A stretch of DNA of 64,000 nucleotides, from assembly GCA_010015585.1 (NCBI GenBank), contig ML975159.1. One strand, 5' to 3'. Within the stretch, counting starts at the first letter, position 1; each line of letters opens with the position of its first letter. Positions 11,885 through 24,340 of the stretch are shown in pieces. The DNA is from Eremomyces bilateralis CBS 781.70. Taxonomy: Eukaryota. The notes below the pieces were generated by a model. It worked only from the letters and a program-made list of their open reading frames with translations, made no database searches and was not told the origin of the DNA. A program made the translations under genes and the position numbers.

Positions 11885-12445
11885 TCAACGAGTTAGGAGG
11901 TCATAATGATTGTAATGTAAAGCCGAGATGTGCCAAATATCACAATGGTAATAATTTTATATGAGATCTATGCTTAAGTACAATATCACAAAGGTTCCAT
12001 TCAGGGGAGTGGTCAGGGGTACTATGATGTCATTGTCTTCTAGTGAAGAACCTGGAATGAGATCGGACAGACAACAAATCCGGCCTGTGGGATTGCATCA
12101 TTTCAATAACAATATAAAAGTAGCATCTGCTACGAGTAAAACTAAGAAATTTGGTACTTTTGATATTGGTGCATCAAAGAGCTTGTCGCCTCCTGTGGTA
12201 AATCCAACTTGGTCGTCACTACCAACGATTCTTGAAATCCCAGCACCGGGACGCCGATCTCAACATCACACGAAAAGTCAGGATAGATAATTACTTCATC
12301 GCGAAGATCCCCGCGCTGATCTCTGTCCTCCTTTGTAGAGATTTATTACTCTTCAACCTCCCGTTATATCGTTATTTCAAGCCACTCTCTCTCGTGTCTT
12401 GGCTGCCACCTGCTGTGCCACGCCGATCTCATCAATCGTACCACA

Positions 12446-13956
12446 ATGGCCGAGACCCAGCTGCCAACCCGCTCAACGACCATGAGCACCGACGACGATG
12501 CCGTTCCAGGCGAAGATACCAGCGAAGTATGGCCAACACTCTCAATCCCGGGGAACCGTGATTAGGTCTCTGGCTCACGAGACGTCTCCAGGTTACCAAG
12601 CTATTCCACGAGCGTCTCCAAGCATGGAAGCATGCATGCGGCTACCTCGAAGACTACATCACCGCGACGGAGAGGATGCATCACTCCCAAAGTAAAGAAT
12701 ATGAGAAGGTGCTGAAGTCAGTCTCACACCCGTTAAAAGAAGGCCATCACTTCGATCAAAGTCTGGGAGGTATTGCTGGCATGTTCGACAACATCCGATC
12801 GAATACGCAGGGTCTCGCAAACTCCCACCAGGAGACTTCGAAAGTGCTTAAAGGCTCAATCCTCCCGATCTTTGAGCGATTGCATACCGAGGTAAAGAAT
12901 AAGACCAAGGAGCTCATAAAAGGAGCTGGGAAAGGCGGCAAGGCGGTCGACAAGGCACGCGCGATTACACAGAGGCACATCGAACTCTTAGGGCAACATA
13001 CCGCGGCTTTCGATAGCACTGGCGGGAAGGTCGCTTCAAACGAAGATCCGTATGTGCTGCAACGAGGTGTTTTCCACCGCCTAAACAAACAGGTCGTGGA
13101 AGAGAACAACAATCGCAACGACCTGATCGCGGTTCAAGACAGCTTCGCCCACTTCGAAGCACACATCCTCAAAACGATGCAGGAAGGACTGGGTCAGTTT
13201 ATGCAGGTCATGAGCAAGCAATGCGACCTCGACAAGAACATATACGGCGACATGGTCTCTACCGCTCAGCGTATCCCACTGGACTTCGAATGGCAAGGTT
13301 TCATTGCTCGGAATACCGGCGTACTTATCGACCCCCACCAACCTCTTCGTTCCGTTCAGTCCATCAATTTCCCGAATCAGAGCCACCGCGCGACGCAACC
13401 CCTCATCGCCGGATCATTGGAGCGCCGAGGCAAGATTCTCAAGAAGTACGAGTCGGCCTACTACGTCATCACCCCCTCCAAATATCTCCATGAATTCAAG
13501 ACAGATGACGACTTCGGCAAGGAGCCCACCCCCGAGCTCTCCCTCTACATACCCGATTGCGCGGTGGGCGCCATTTCCGGCCAGAAATTCGCCGTCAAGG
13601 GCAAGGACGTCAGTAAAGGCAAAATCGGCAATTCATTCTCTATCAGCCACGAGATACAGCTCCGGGCACACACATCGACAGATGCGGAGCAGTGGTGGAA
13701 TATCCTGCGAAATGCGGCGGGCATGAAGACCGATGAAGTGCCGGAGAGTCTGCCGAATAGCCCGGTTGTTGCGAGGACGAGTGAAACCACCAGCCCCACG
13801 AGCCCTACGAGTATAGGACCGGTTGAGTCAGGCGTGCTGAGAAGTCCTGTTGCAGACGAAAAGGAGAATGTAGTCGAGCCAAGCGCGGCTGCAGGTGCAG
13901 CTTCGGAGACAGTGAAGCCAGCAACTCGGTCAAATACAGGTATGGACAAGGTGTAA
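12446..13956 (+). CDS. Slm1-like BAR/PH-domain protein; 2 exons (intron 12527-12591)
   Basis: Spliced N-terminus MAETQLPTRSTTMSTDDDAVPGEDTSE-VTKLFHERLQAWKHACGYLEDY, a coiled-coil region, and PH motifs (GSLERRGKILKKY..YYVITPSKYLHEFK, PELSLYIPDC, AEQWW). Confidence 0.85.
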
Positions 13957-14615
13957 ATGGAATCATGATCAGTTTGAGAGTGAGGAAGCGAGAATTGGAT
14001 CATTTGCAAATGGGTTTCTTTACAGGGTGCGAGAAGTTGATACCAAGTCGGTTCTTTCCTTTTCATTTTCAAGATACCTGCGTCCAATTGATGCGCGATG
14101 AGTACATGGCCGATAACGCATTTTGTCCTGTCAATTCAGATTTTGGACGGATCCTCCTCTAATTGAATTTCCTTTGGATGAATTCTCTCGAATCAAACGC
14201 TTGGTATACATGCAGATATGGAATCTACTATGCCCAACGATCTCAAAGTTGAATATCGCATTTGGGAGACATTGTATCTCCATTTTCGACACCACGGTAA
14301 CCAAAGATAATCATACCCATACTGTACGGTATGGACGCCATAGAAATCACGGTATATTCTTTGAAGAAGGAATTGCGCGAAGTCATCAAAGCCACAAGGC
14401 TGAAGGAACGACCACTTTTAATGGCGAAAGCAATCGTGACCAGGAAACTGTTTACCTTCCTTTCGTCTGACAGCAGAGCAACAGACTTCCGCTGAAAACA
14501 TCCCTTTACTTTGTCCATTAAGTCGTCATATGCGCGTCCCTTTTGACCTCTAAATCGTCTATTATGTCTTCACAAGCGCGTCCCGTTTGCCTATTTTCAA
14601 TCTTGTCAATGAACC

Positions 14616-15704
14616 ATGGCGTGCCGACTTAAGGGAAAAGTGGCCACCATTACCGGATCATATTCAGGCCTTGGGCGAGCAATTGTGCTTGCATACGCGG
14701 CTGAAGGCGCTGCAATCTTCTGTATGGACCTCTACCCCAACCCTCGCTCGACATTCCACCAATCCCCAGACCGGTAAAGCCGACTCGATCCATAACCGCA
14801 CACTCGAGCCGACTACGCTCGAGGAGCTCTGCAGGCTTTATCCAGGAAGGGAGCATATGTTTGTCAAGGTGGATGTGACCAAAGCCAACGACATGCGCAA
14901 CGGCATCGCGCTTTGTGTGAAGAAGTTAGGATGACTGGATATCCTGGTGAACTGTGCCGGTATCTACGTCGAGAGCACTCACAGCCGGCCATAGAGGATC
15001 CACGAGACGAGTGAGCAGGACTTTCGATGATACGATGGTGACGAACGCGAAAAGAGTCTTTTTGGGATGCAAATATGCTATCAGGCAGATGGTGCTTCAA
15101 AAGCCTTTGCCGGACAGTGATGGGACTTGGATGGATTATCAACGTGGCGGATGTCCAAGGGACTGTGACTTACTATTCAACTCGTACGTTTTGCCCCAGA
15201 TGCCATCTGGTTGTAGATCCTTTGGGTGTCTTCTGTGGATTGTCAACGCGGAAGTGTACTCGGCAGGTCAGCGACCGCGGAGATAATCTGCTGGACATTG
15301 CCAATCGCTTTGGAACCATGGACATGGGACTTCGTTAACGTTTATTAGCCTCCTACTGCGCCTCGAAAGGTGCCGTTATCCAATTGACTCGGCAAATTGC
15401 TCTGAATTATGCGGGATCGAAAATCCATTCCAACTGCCTTTGTCCTGGGTGTAAGTGTTCACTCACCACTTGATTGGATGACAGTAGAACTGACCGAACT
15501 CCTTTCACAGTCCTCATAACCGCTATGACGCAGCACGTACAAAGTGACCCTTTAGAAGCTGCGCAAATGTCGAAGGACCACCCGCTCCGTGGACTGGGCA
15601 AGCCGGAAAACGTTGCCAGAGCTGCCGTGTTCTTGGCCAGCGAGGATGTGCGATGGATGACAGGTCCCGTGCTGCCTGTTGATGGTGGATATACTTGTCA
15701 TTAG
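14616..15704 (+). pseudogene. Short-chain dehydrogenase/reductase (classical SDR) pseudogene
   Basis: RLKGKVATITGSYSGLGRAI (TGxxxGxG), LDILVNCAG, SYCASKGAV (YxxxK), NCLCPG and [12 protein letters not shown] are spread over several frames. In-frame stops at 14932-34 and 14992-94, plus about three frameshifts. Confidence 0.88.
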
Positions 15705-16236
15705 AATTGGCAGGTCTGAAATGTTTGGGAATGGCAGACTCAAATATGAAAATTAATATAATCCAAGGAAGATTAGAGACGGCAGATGGGGCCGGCTTTT
15801 CTGTCGCCCATTCTTCATTATGGGTGCGACACACCATTCACTACCCCGAATTAAGAAATAACTGTATTATTTAAGGTTTACCCACTATATTCATCTATTT
15901 GCAGGCTAGGGGTGACTTCGGAAACTGAAACCGAAAATTAATATATACAAACTCAGGAACAGGGCAACCTGGCCCTAACCATCCGCGGCAGCCAAAAATG
16001 GCAGAAACGCAGGATTGGTCGATTTCAGCGGCTTAAATGCCCAAAATATCCGTTTTCATGAATATCTAGCTTAAATAGGTGGCGGCAATATTCTCGGTAG
16101 TTAGTGCCGCTCCTGGGGCGTGGTCACAAGTGGAGGCCATGTCTGAGTCTATAAGATCGCTGGAGTCGTGTTCCAGACTGAAGCCAGTTCTCCAGTAAGT
16201 TCTTCGAAGTTGTTTGAGTAGAAACAATCAGTTACG

Positions 16237-17321
16237 ATGGCGTCATCATTGAGAATCCTTTTCTCCTTTGTCGTGGCACTGTTCGTCACCAGTGCATTTG
16301 CCCAGCTGGACCAGCAAACATACGATGAGATGGCCTATTTGGCCAAACATGCGTCTGCCGCCTATAAAGAGGATTGCCGGAGTCCGGTGGGAACAACAAA
16401 ACTTGCGCAGTACGAAAATGGCGCTAAAGGGTATATCGCCGTGGATCAACAGAGGAAATGGATCATAGTGCGTTTTGAAGAACTTTGATGGAAGGAACTG
16501 CGTGAACTGAACATTGATAGGTGGCATTCCGAGGAACAAATGGTGCGCAAGACTTGATAACCGATTTGGACAACGCTCTCGTTCCGTATACAGTCCAGGG
16601 CTCCAAAGGCTGTCAAGGCTGCAAGGTATGCTACAACCAATCAGTATATATCATTGTTTCAAAACGAATAATACTTACAATGCCTTCAGGTCCATTCCGG
16701 CTTCCAGAAAGCATGGGCCAAGAATGTCAATGCGGTCATAAGTGATCTCAAGATCGTGAAAAAGGAATATCCAGAGCATCGCATCATGATCACTGGCCAT
16801 AGTCTCGGCGGAGGATTGAGCGGTGAGCACATGTGCCGACCACCTACGTTCCGGGGCGATGCTAATGCAGTTTCAAACTAGCCCTCTGCGGTATTACCAT
16901 CGCCCAAGAATTTGGCATTGGGAAAGTCACCGCGTACGGCTTTGCGGCCCCTCGCGTGGGCGACAAGAACTTCGCGGCACACCAGGAGGCCGCATTCCCG
17001 GGTAAAACGTTCCATCGTGTCACATCCATGGACGACGGCGTCCCTCAGGATCTGAAGGTCTCCGAGGGGTACTACCATGGAGGGACTGAGTATTGGATTC
17101 AGAAGGAGCCGAATCCGAGTATCAATGACATCAAAGTCTGCAACGGGTCCGAGGATCCGACATGCAATGCGAAGGCGGCGGCAAATGTCCGCATTCCTAT
17201 GGGAATCAACCAGGTCAGTGGATCCAAGTGTCTGACCGCTCTTTGCCCATCCAATTGCTGATGGTGACACCAGGCTCACTTCACATACTTCGTTCAAATG
17301 GGTTCTTCAACGCAGTGCTAG
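16237..17321 (+). CDS. Secreted lipase class 3 / feruloyl esterase-like; 5 exons
   Basis: Signal peptide, VAFRGT oxyanion motif, nucleophile motif TGHSLGG, FAAPRVGD, DGVP, YYHGGTEYWI and terminal AHFTYF (catalytic His). Four GT..AG introns join the pieces. Confidence 0.9.
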
Positions 17322-19771
17322 AATCTTCCCGATGTTGCGTTGGCGATGGTCCTAGTCAAGTCGAAGGACATCATGCATCATACCATGAGCGTAATCTTGC
17401 TGGAATTAAACCTGTTAATCTCAATCTTCGGTTAGAATACATGAGTGTTACTATGCAGGACAAACCGTCTGACAAGACCTATGCTCCTCGTATTGGTCCG
17501 TTCACCGCCCCGGAGGTTTCCCAGAAATGGCATAAGAATTGCGAAACGACTGACTGTGGGTTGTAGAGATGATGCGGACTTGGAAAAGGATATTCATGTA
17601 GGAGTAGAACTAGCAAGGACAAGGCAGAGAATGCGACAAGTGCATCCATGTTGCGGGCCAAACAGGGTTCAGGCACAAATAATGGAACAATGCGCTGATG
17701 ATTCGGTCCCAGTAGTAACCACGGATATACAAGGGGTAGACTTGAGAAATGCAGCCAGGTGGTAGGATTCCAGTGGCTTGATGGGGCTGAAACAAAAGGC
17801 TGTCCACCCGTAACCCAACAAACCGGCTCGACGATCATGCCTGACACAACATCCCCCAACGCCGTGGTTTTGGAATACCGGTGTACCGGCACATGTGTGA
17901 CAGAAGTCCAGTTTTCTTCTTCTTTTCCACCGGCGTCATAAATGCGCCAGTTGATCGATCTACTTTGAAAGTTGAGGGGATGGATGTTTGGATATTTCGG
18001 AATAGGAACCGGGGTAGAGACCGAGGACGAGGGTAAATGGCATAAGTCGAAGCCATGGGCTGATTTGAGGTCAGGTCACTATTTCAAATGTGAAATTTAC
18101 CAACATGGATCGTCGCAGTAGGAGCTGGTCCAACATACTAGGCTTACTAGCAGACGGGCAGGTTCCCCTATACCTTTTCCAGGGTTTTATCCAGTGCAGG
18201 GACGACTTTTGAAGGACCAGGTGGAATTCGTCAACGCAAGTCGCAGGGAATTGCGAAGCGAGCTGCAAGATTATGCACAAGCTTTGCTTCTAGGATTTCG
18301 AAGCCTGTTGAAACTCGGAAGAGAACTTGTGCTTTCGCCCTGATCGGAGGCATTAGCTTCGTGGCCAGGACCCGGGGTTGATTAAATTAGAGAATCTTCG
18401 ACGCCCATGGGTGGCAATGGGCGTGGATGTTAGCAGGGAAGATGGAAAATATGAGAACCCAGGATAAGAATTGGGAAGGATCCAAGGACGGGTTGCAAGC
18501 AAAGAGCGGTTAACATGTGGAGATTGTCCCAGGTTCTTGCCTCTTGGTGATGGGGTGTGATCAGCTGGGTTACGGCCTTACCGGCATGAACTATGAAGGG
18601 CAGGTCTGCGGGGATTAGGGTTAGGAAACTGCGTTCATGCGCCATGTTCGGTTTGTTGTGCTGTCGTTTTTTGATCGTAATGCGGGTATCTGCAAGAATC
18701 CCTAATTTGCAATCCGACAGGATGCTGCTAGTTCCATGCCGCTTTGGTCCGCCCCGGATGGCTCGTAGCAAAGGCCATCGAATTTAGACAAGGGGTCGAA
18801 GGAGGACAAAGGGGACATGGAATCGTGATGGAAAAGAGACCAGGTGCGAGTAAGGTGTATCCTGTAGGAACAAGGTTGTTGAAAAACGAATTCTCGGGGT
18901 AAGCGGTTCGATCCGCGCAATGGGACGCCTGACCCACCGTATATTTAGTGGGTTTGGCTAGCCCTCTAGCAGGACCCGAGTACCTGTATCCCGGGTCCTG
19001 GAATCCCCACTGACAGCTGGACTCCACTGGGCACTGTGTCCTTGACTGCCGACTGGTGTCATTCTGTTGAGTGTGCACTTCAAATTCGCGACTGAGTATG
19101 TGACACCCGACATGTCGAATCCCCTTAGTAAGGCAGGGTAAATTCCTCTGTGAGGTGCAACCATCCCGAAGAATGAGTTCGTCTGTTTTGTGACGCCTCA
19201 TGCCAGCCCTGGTAGACTCTAGGTCGGTACAGGCGCCACTGCGGCGAGTCACGGGTTTTCAAATCTGACCCCTCGTCTTCCCATCTAGAATCCTGGCTTC
19301 TGCACTTCTGCAGAACTCGAGGGAGAGATTTGGACCCTTGAAGATTGGCACCGGGTGGACGGAGTGACACACTCCCGTTACAGTACGACGGCTCAATCCT
19401 ACCTACCCACCGTTGGATAAAATAGGGAAGCCTTACGATTGCCTGCTTATGAAATGGTAAATAAAGGTCGGAGCTGATTCTGGAGCCTTGGAAATGTCGT
19501 CCTCATAGATGAGGATCCGGCAAATGATGCAGAATACGGAGTAGAATCACCAGTTGCAACCCCTATCGTGTGAAATACAAGAATGATTCTTGCAGCTGTC
19601 AAACTATATCTATGTACTTGCTATCCTACAAACACCGTGCTAACAATGCCTGAAAAAAGGGAAAAACAGTCAAAGAAACTTGTATGCCCAAAGGAACAAA
19701 ATGCTAAAGGAGACCTAACGCCCAAGAAAATCGCTATGTCGCCATCCTTCCTGCGATATGGAATGTCTCCC

Positions 19772-20071
19772 CTATCGCTTTAATCCAATTGCCTTTGAGA
19801 ACCGATGGGATGAACGCTCGCTTTGCTTCTTGGACTTGAACGCGGGATGCTGGTCCTCCATGTGGTATGGTGGGAGGGTCGCCTTATTGTAGGCTGGGAG
19901 GGGTTCCGTCTCGTCGTGGACCGTGGTGTTATCAGTGATCGAATCGAATTCAACCACGCCGTATTGTAGATCTTCTTGAGCTTTCAAGACCCGCTTCTTT
20001 TCCCTGCGTTCGTGGACCTTCTCGGCGGTGAAATAGATGGCGGCACCAACAACTAGGACGACAGAGGCCAT
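19772..20071 (-). CDS. Small hypothetical protein (99 aa) with an N-terminal hydrophobic anchor, a charged helix and LPAY/PPY motifs
   Basis: ATG in ccaATGG context, CT-rich leader and TATAAA about 190 bp upstream, protein-like composition. Confidence 0.65.
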   Translation of the reverse strand: MASVVLVVGAAIYFTAEKVHERREKKRVLKAQEDLQYGVVEFDSITDNTTVHDETEPLPAYNKATLPPYHMEDQHPAFKSKKQSERSSHRFSKAIGLKR

Positions 20072-20556
20072 TGGAGCGAGAGGACAAAAATTGGAAGGGC
20101 TTCGAGAGGTGTGGGTGAGTTGATGAAAGGACGGATGTTGTCTTGGTGGAGGTTGCGGGACTGAAGAATAGGGTAGAAGGTATGATTGAATACTTTGTGT
20201 CTGAGGCTTTGTGAATGATTATAGTAGAATGAATTCCGAAAGCGAGGATAGATGGGAGAATTTATAACTACTCGCCTGCAGCAATCCATTGAGTCTGTTA
20301 ACATCTATCATCTTGCATCCAAGTCATTAGCTTTGGGGCAGTGTATCTGATTTGAGTTTTCTTTGTTGTCTTCATTGGGCTGAGCACTCACAAGTCTTGA
20401 TGCATGAAACGTCATCGTCAGTTCGGCCAACACAGCAACTCTACTGGATATTACTACTGTAAGTGGTAAGTCATTAATCGCCCTAGCCAGCGTGAAAAAC
20501 GACGATATACCCATGCCCGTCCAATTATAACAATACTTTCCGAAATCGAATGTACG

Positions 20557-20652
20557 ATACTCCGCCCCCCGGTCAGTGTAGAATATACGCCCCCGGTCAA
20601 CGGGAATACGCCCCTTGTCAATATAAGCACTTAGCGAATACGCCCCTGGTCA
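20557..20652. repeat. Four degenerate direct copies of (GA)ATACGCCCC(C/T)GGTCA
   Basis: Copies at about 20557, 20585, 20604 and 20636, with irregular short gaps. Confidence 0.75.
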
Positions 20653-21441
20653 GTATTAAAGATCCTCCCAACGACCACAAAGCAGTGGAAGAAGCTGTGA
20701 AGCGGTCAATTGCTACTGACAATGAGGCTATAACTAAGACTAAGATAAGTAACTAGGGACAAGCTTCACGATAGAAGCAAGAGCATAGAAAGAAAACAGC
20801 ATCGCCAAGTACCTTAGTGTCAATCCTTTCGCGTCTTCCAACACATTTACAGCGCTATCAGAACCGTTGGAATGATCTTCATCATTATTATTGCTAACAA
20901 ATAACAGGCCGCTCACCTTCTTTACCTGCTTCTTCAAGCATGCACCGTCTCCTGCTCCCTACCTTCGGAACGGTGAACTCTCGTCCGTGTCACCTTCTTC
21001 CCACGGAGTACGCCGAGTTAAATGAGGTCGGACAGCATTACGAATTGGCGTATCTCCGTATCTGTTCTTCTTGGCCCCCAAGTATAAACTATCTCGCACT
21101 GACGGGAGAGGCATAACTACCCACGGATGACTTTGAGTGATTATCCGAATACGTCACAATGAATTAATTCCTAGCTTTGTTATCCCGGCCAAGAGCTTCA
21201 ACATAGCCTTCCATGGCGTACTGTAGGGCTATAATATGGCTTTGCATTGAGTCTAGCATTGATCTGCGAACTTGGCGTGTCACTATTCACTTGGCAGAGG
21301 GAAGGCAGGGACCGAAAAATTGAGATTAAGGCAGTGCTGATATACTCTTCATTATATAAACCACCGATTCTGCTGTCATTGCCCCGGCAAATACATCGTT
21401 CAAACCATCCAGTTTACATTGATACCATATCTTTGCCCAAC

Positions 21442-22647
21442 ATGCTTGCCCCAGCCTTCTTGCTCCTTTTTCAGACTATTTCAGCGTCGAGCATCCATTA
21501 CTCTAGAGGAAACCATGGATCCTCCAAACGAACCAATGGATTCTGCAAACAATTGGATATCCCAGTGACTGCTACTTCAGAGAGCGCGATCTATGATGTA
21601 CCCAGGGTGGACAATGACATCGAAGCGGCCGCCTGGGCAATCTATTCCGATACTTGGAGCACTCCAGACGGAGTAGAGAGGATCATCAAGAACACCACAA
21701 CTTCTGGTACTTTCAATATCCATGCTCAACTGTGTGTCCCCAAGACTTCAGGAGAGAAAAAAGACATCCTGCAAATTGCCACCCACGGCGCGCATTACGA
21801 CGGAAGATATTGGGATCCGGAACTCGATCGAGAGAAGCAGTCTTATGTTGAAGCATCAATCAGAGCAGGATACTCCATCCTCACATACGATCGTTTGGGA
21901 ACTGGTCAATCCGATCATCCTGACGCATACGACGTGGTTCAAGCGCCGCTGGAACTGGAGATCCTCCGACAGTTGACCTTGATGGCGCGCGATGGCTCCC
22001 TCTCTAGCTTCGCAGAGAAAGCCAAACCTTCCGATGAGGCATTCCAAAAGTTACCAAAGCCAAGCAAGGTCGTACATGTCGGTCACAGTTTCGGATCCTT
22101 CATCACCTCTGCCTTCATTGCCAAGTATAGCAACCTGACCGACGGCGCCATCATCACTGGCTTCCTTCTGGGCCCATATCTAGGCAAGCCGGGTATGGCG
22201 TCATGGGCCGCCGAGTACGCCGCCACGGGCAATCCTCCTTTCGAACGACCGAGTGGCTACATGGTGTGCCAGGAGGTCGGTATCCAGAACCTGTTCTTCG
22301 CCGGCGACCCCAAGACCGCGTTCACCCCCGCAATGCTCAAGTATGGCAATGACATCAAGCAGCCCGTTCCGGTTGGGGAGTTCGCCTCCGCGTTTCATAT
22401 CCTCGGACTGCCGGGACCCAACCTCAAAGCGCCGGTGCAATACGTGGCGGCGGAGTTCGACTTTTACATCTGCGGCGGTGATTGCAAGGGGTTATACGAC
22501 GTGGAGGATTTGAAGAAAACGTACCCGAACGCCACTACCATCGAAGTCGCCATCCAACCGAACACCGGTCATGCCTTCACACTTCACAATAATGCCACGG
22601 CCGGCTTCCAGCTCACATTTGATTTCTTGGGCAGAAATGGGCTATAG
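21442..22647 (+). CDS. Secreted alpha/beta-hydrolase, intronless, ~401 aa
   Basis: Likely start MLAPAFLLLFQTISA (signal peptide) after a TATATAAA at about 21353. Motifs LQIATHGAHYDGRYW, YDRLGTGQS, nucleophile elbow VGHSFGS, EFDFYIC and NTGHAFTLH. Confidence 0.88.
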   Translation: MLAPAFLLLFQTISASSIHYSRGNHGSSKRTNGFCKQLDIPVTATSESAIYDVPRVDNDIEAAAWAIYSDTWSTPDGVERIIKNTTTSGTFNIHAQLCVPKTSGEKKDILQIATHGAHYDGRYWDPELDREKQSYVEASIRAGYSILTYDRLGTGQSDHPDAYDVVQAPLELEILRQLTLMARDGSLSSFAEKAKPSDEAFQKLPKPSKVVHVGHSFGSFITSAFIAKYSNLTDGAIITGFLLGPYLGKPGMASWAAEYAATGNPPFERPSGYMVCQEVGIQNLFFAGDPKTAFTPAMLKYGNDIKQPVPVGEFASAFHILGLPGPNLKAPVQYVAAEFDFYICGGDCKGLYDVEDLKKTYPNATTIEVAIQPNTGHAFTLHNNATAGFQLTFDFLGRNGL

Positions 22648-23350
22648 TTTCAATTGTTCGGACCTGCGGCCATAATTGTAGTGGCGCCTCAGGGCGCTCT
22701 ACCCCAGCTATTTTCTAGGCAAATTCAACGTACCATTCTCTTTCTCTAGCACTCTAACTAGTTAGATAGTAATAATAAGTTAGATAAAACGCTAGTTACT
22801 TGCAGTTGAAACTCTGTGCCAATGTCATCGGACATGAAGAGAAGTTCCTTCTTTTCGTTGTATTTATCGGTCCTAGACTGCTCTAAGGAATTTGATTCTG
22901 TGTTGCATAAGCCGCTTGTGAATCTTGTCCTCATAACTTGCACTGACCGCCAAAGAACTGGCAGGGAGTTGGAGATATTTCAAATTCCAGATCGAAGTGG
23001 AGGCTGAGTTTGACGCCGTCGGCCAGTTAGGGGCCCAGGACCAGGAGGGTAGGGCCAAGGCTGGCAAGGGGAACACAGGCGCTAGCTCCCGATTCCCGAC
23101 CCCACAACCAGCCTCTCGCCTAGAGGCCACAGCCTTTTTCTACTGGGCTTCTGAAGTCTAATACGTCAACCTTCTCCTACAGCTCTATTCCCCAAACCGC
23201 GACCAGACGGTGGAAACGATGAATCCGAGCTCACGGCTGTTGAGGTCCCGGCACTGGACAGGTATACCCATTGGCTAGTGCTTAGGTAATTTCTGGCGGA
23301 GAGCGACTGGTCGAGGGGTGGTGGCAGGGGTGGTCGATTTACCGGCTATA

Positions 23351-23796
23351 CTATGGTTACAGGCAAAAGTATTGTTAGCGCAGCGCTAAGCAGGGGTGTC
23401 CAATCTAAACCTTTTTTGTTCATTCTTCCATTAGTTACTAATTAGATATAGATTTCACCATCTATTGGCCTGCTTATTCTCCGGACCTGAATCCTATTAA
23501 GCCAGTATGGAATTGGATGAAAGACTGGATCCAGGACTACTATGGGGATGTCTGATTATATTATGATCAGCTTCGGGAGGGAATTAACGCTGCTTGGGAG
23601 GCTATACCGGAGGAATTCCTGCAAGAGTTGTTTGAATCGATGAATTAGAAATTCCAGGACGTGATAGGCGCAAACGGAGGCTATACACGATAGTGAAATC
23701 TATATCTAATTAGTAATGGAAGAATGAACAAAAGCAGTTTAGGTTAAAGGCCCCTGCTTAGCGCTGCGCTAACAATACTTTTGCCTGTAACCATAG
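23351..23796 (+). mobile_element. 446-bp non-autonomous Tc1-derived element with ~110-bp inverted arms and a transposase C-terminal remnant
   Basis: TA flanks at 23349-50 and 23797-98. Arms 23351-23462 and about 23689-23796 are inverted repeats, with the first 46 bp identical. The interior translates as IYWPAYSPDLNPIKPVWNWMKDWIQ..AAWEAIPEEFLQELFESM..IGANGGYTR*. Confidence 0.92.
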
Positions 23797-24340
23797 TAGG
23801 CTATTGCGCTTCAGGGGCTGATTGATTTGAGATACCTACTTATATGGTGACGAGTTCTTCGGCACGTCTTCCATGCTAGAGGTCGTGACGCGGTTGAAAT
23901 AGCCGAATCGATAAGTACCTATTATTAAATGCATATCTTAGAGTCACACCCTGCATTCATACTCTGAGCCGATGTAGGTTGAATCGTGTCGATCTCCAGC
24001 CCTATGCGTCACTTTACTAGGGCTAGTTATAACAAGCTTTACTTTTTGGAGATTGGCACATTACTGTTCTTACTCAGTAGTTGCCTGCAATAGTACGTAG
24101 TGTTGCAGTTTTTCGCGATTACAAATTCCCGGCATGAGACGGAGAACATAAATTGAACCGTCGGATGCCAAGGCCGTATCCCTTGCCAATGAGGATGTGA
24201 CGACTCAGCCTCAAATTGCCAGCGTCGCAGTCCTCACGATGATCCAAAATCCCCGGGAGGTGCGGGGAGCTCACGGCACAGAGCCATTGTTATTTAATAT
24301 TGGCATTGGGCCGCTGATACTGTGATCTTTGAAAATTCCG

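Noticed and set aside
18611..18626. Telomere-like GGGATTAGGGTTAGG
   Set aside because: About two units only, which is expected by chance.
18895..18925. GGTTCGATCC T-loop-like sequence suggesting a tRNA
   Set aside because: No acceptor, D or anticodon arms can be folded around it.
20557..20652. CRISPR-like appearance of spaced direct repeats (also 26954-27015)
   Set aside because: Eukaryotic context, repeats too short and degenerate, gaps irregular or absent, and no cas genes.
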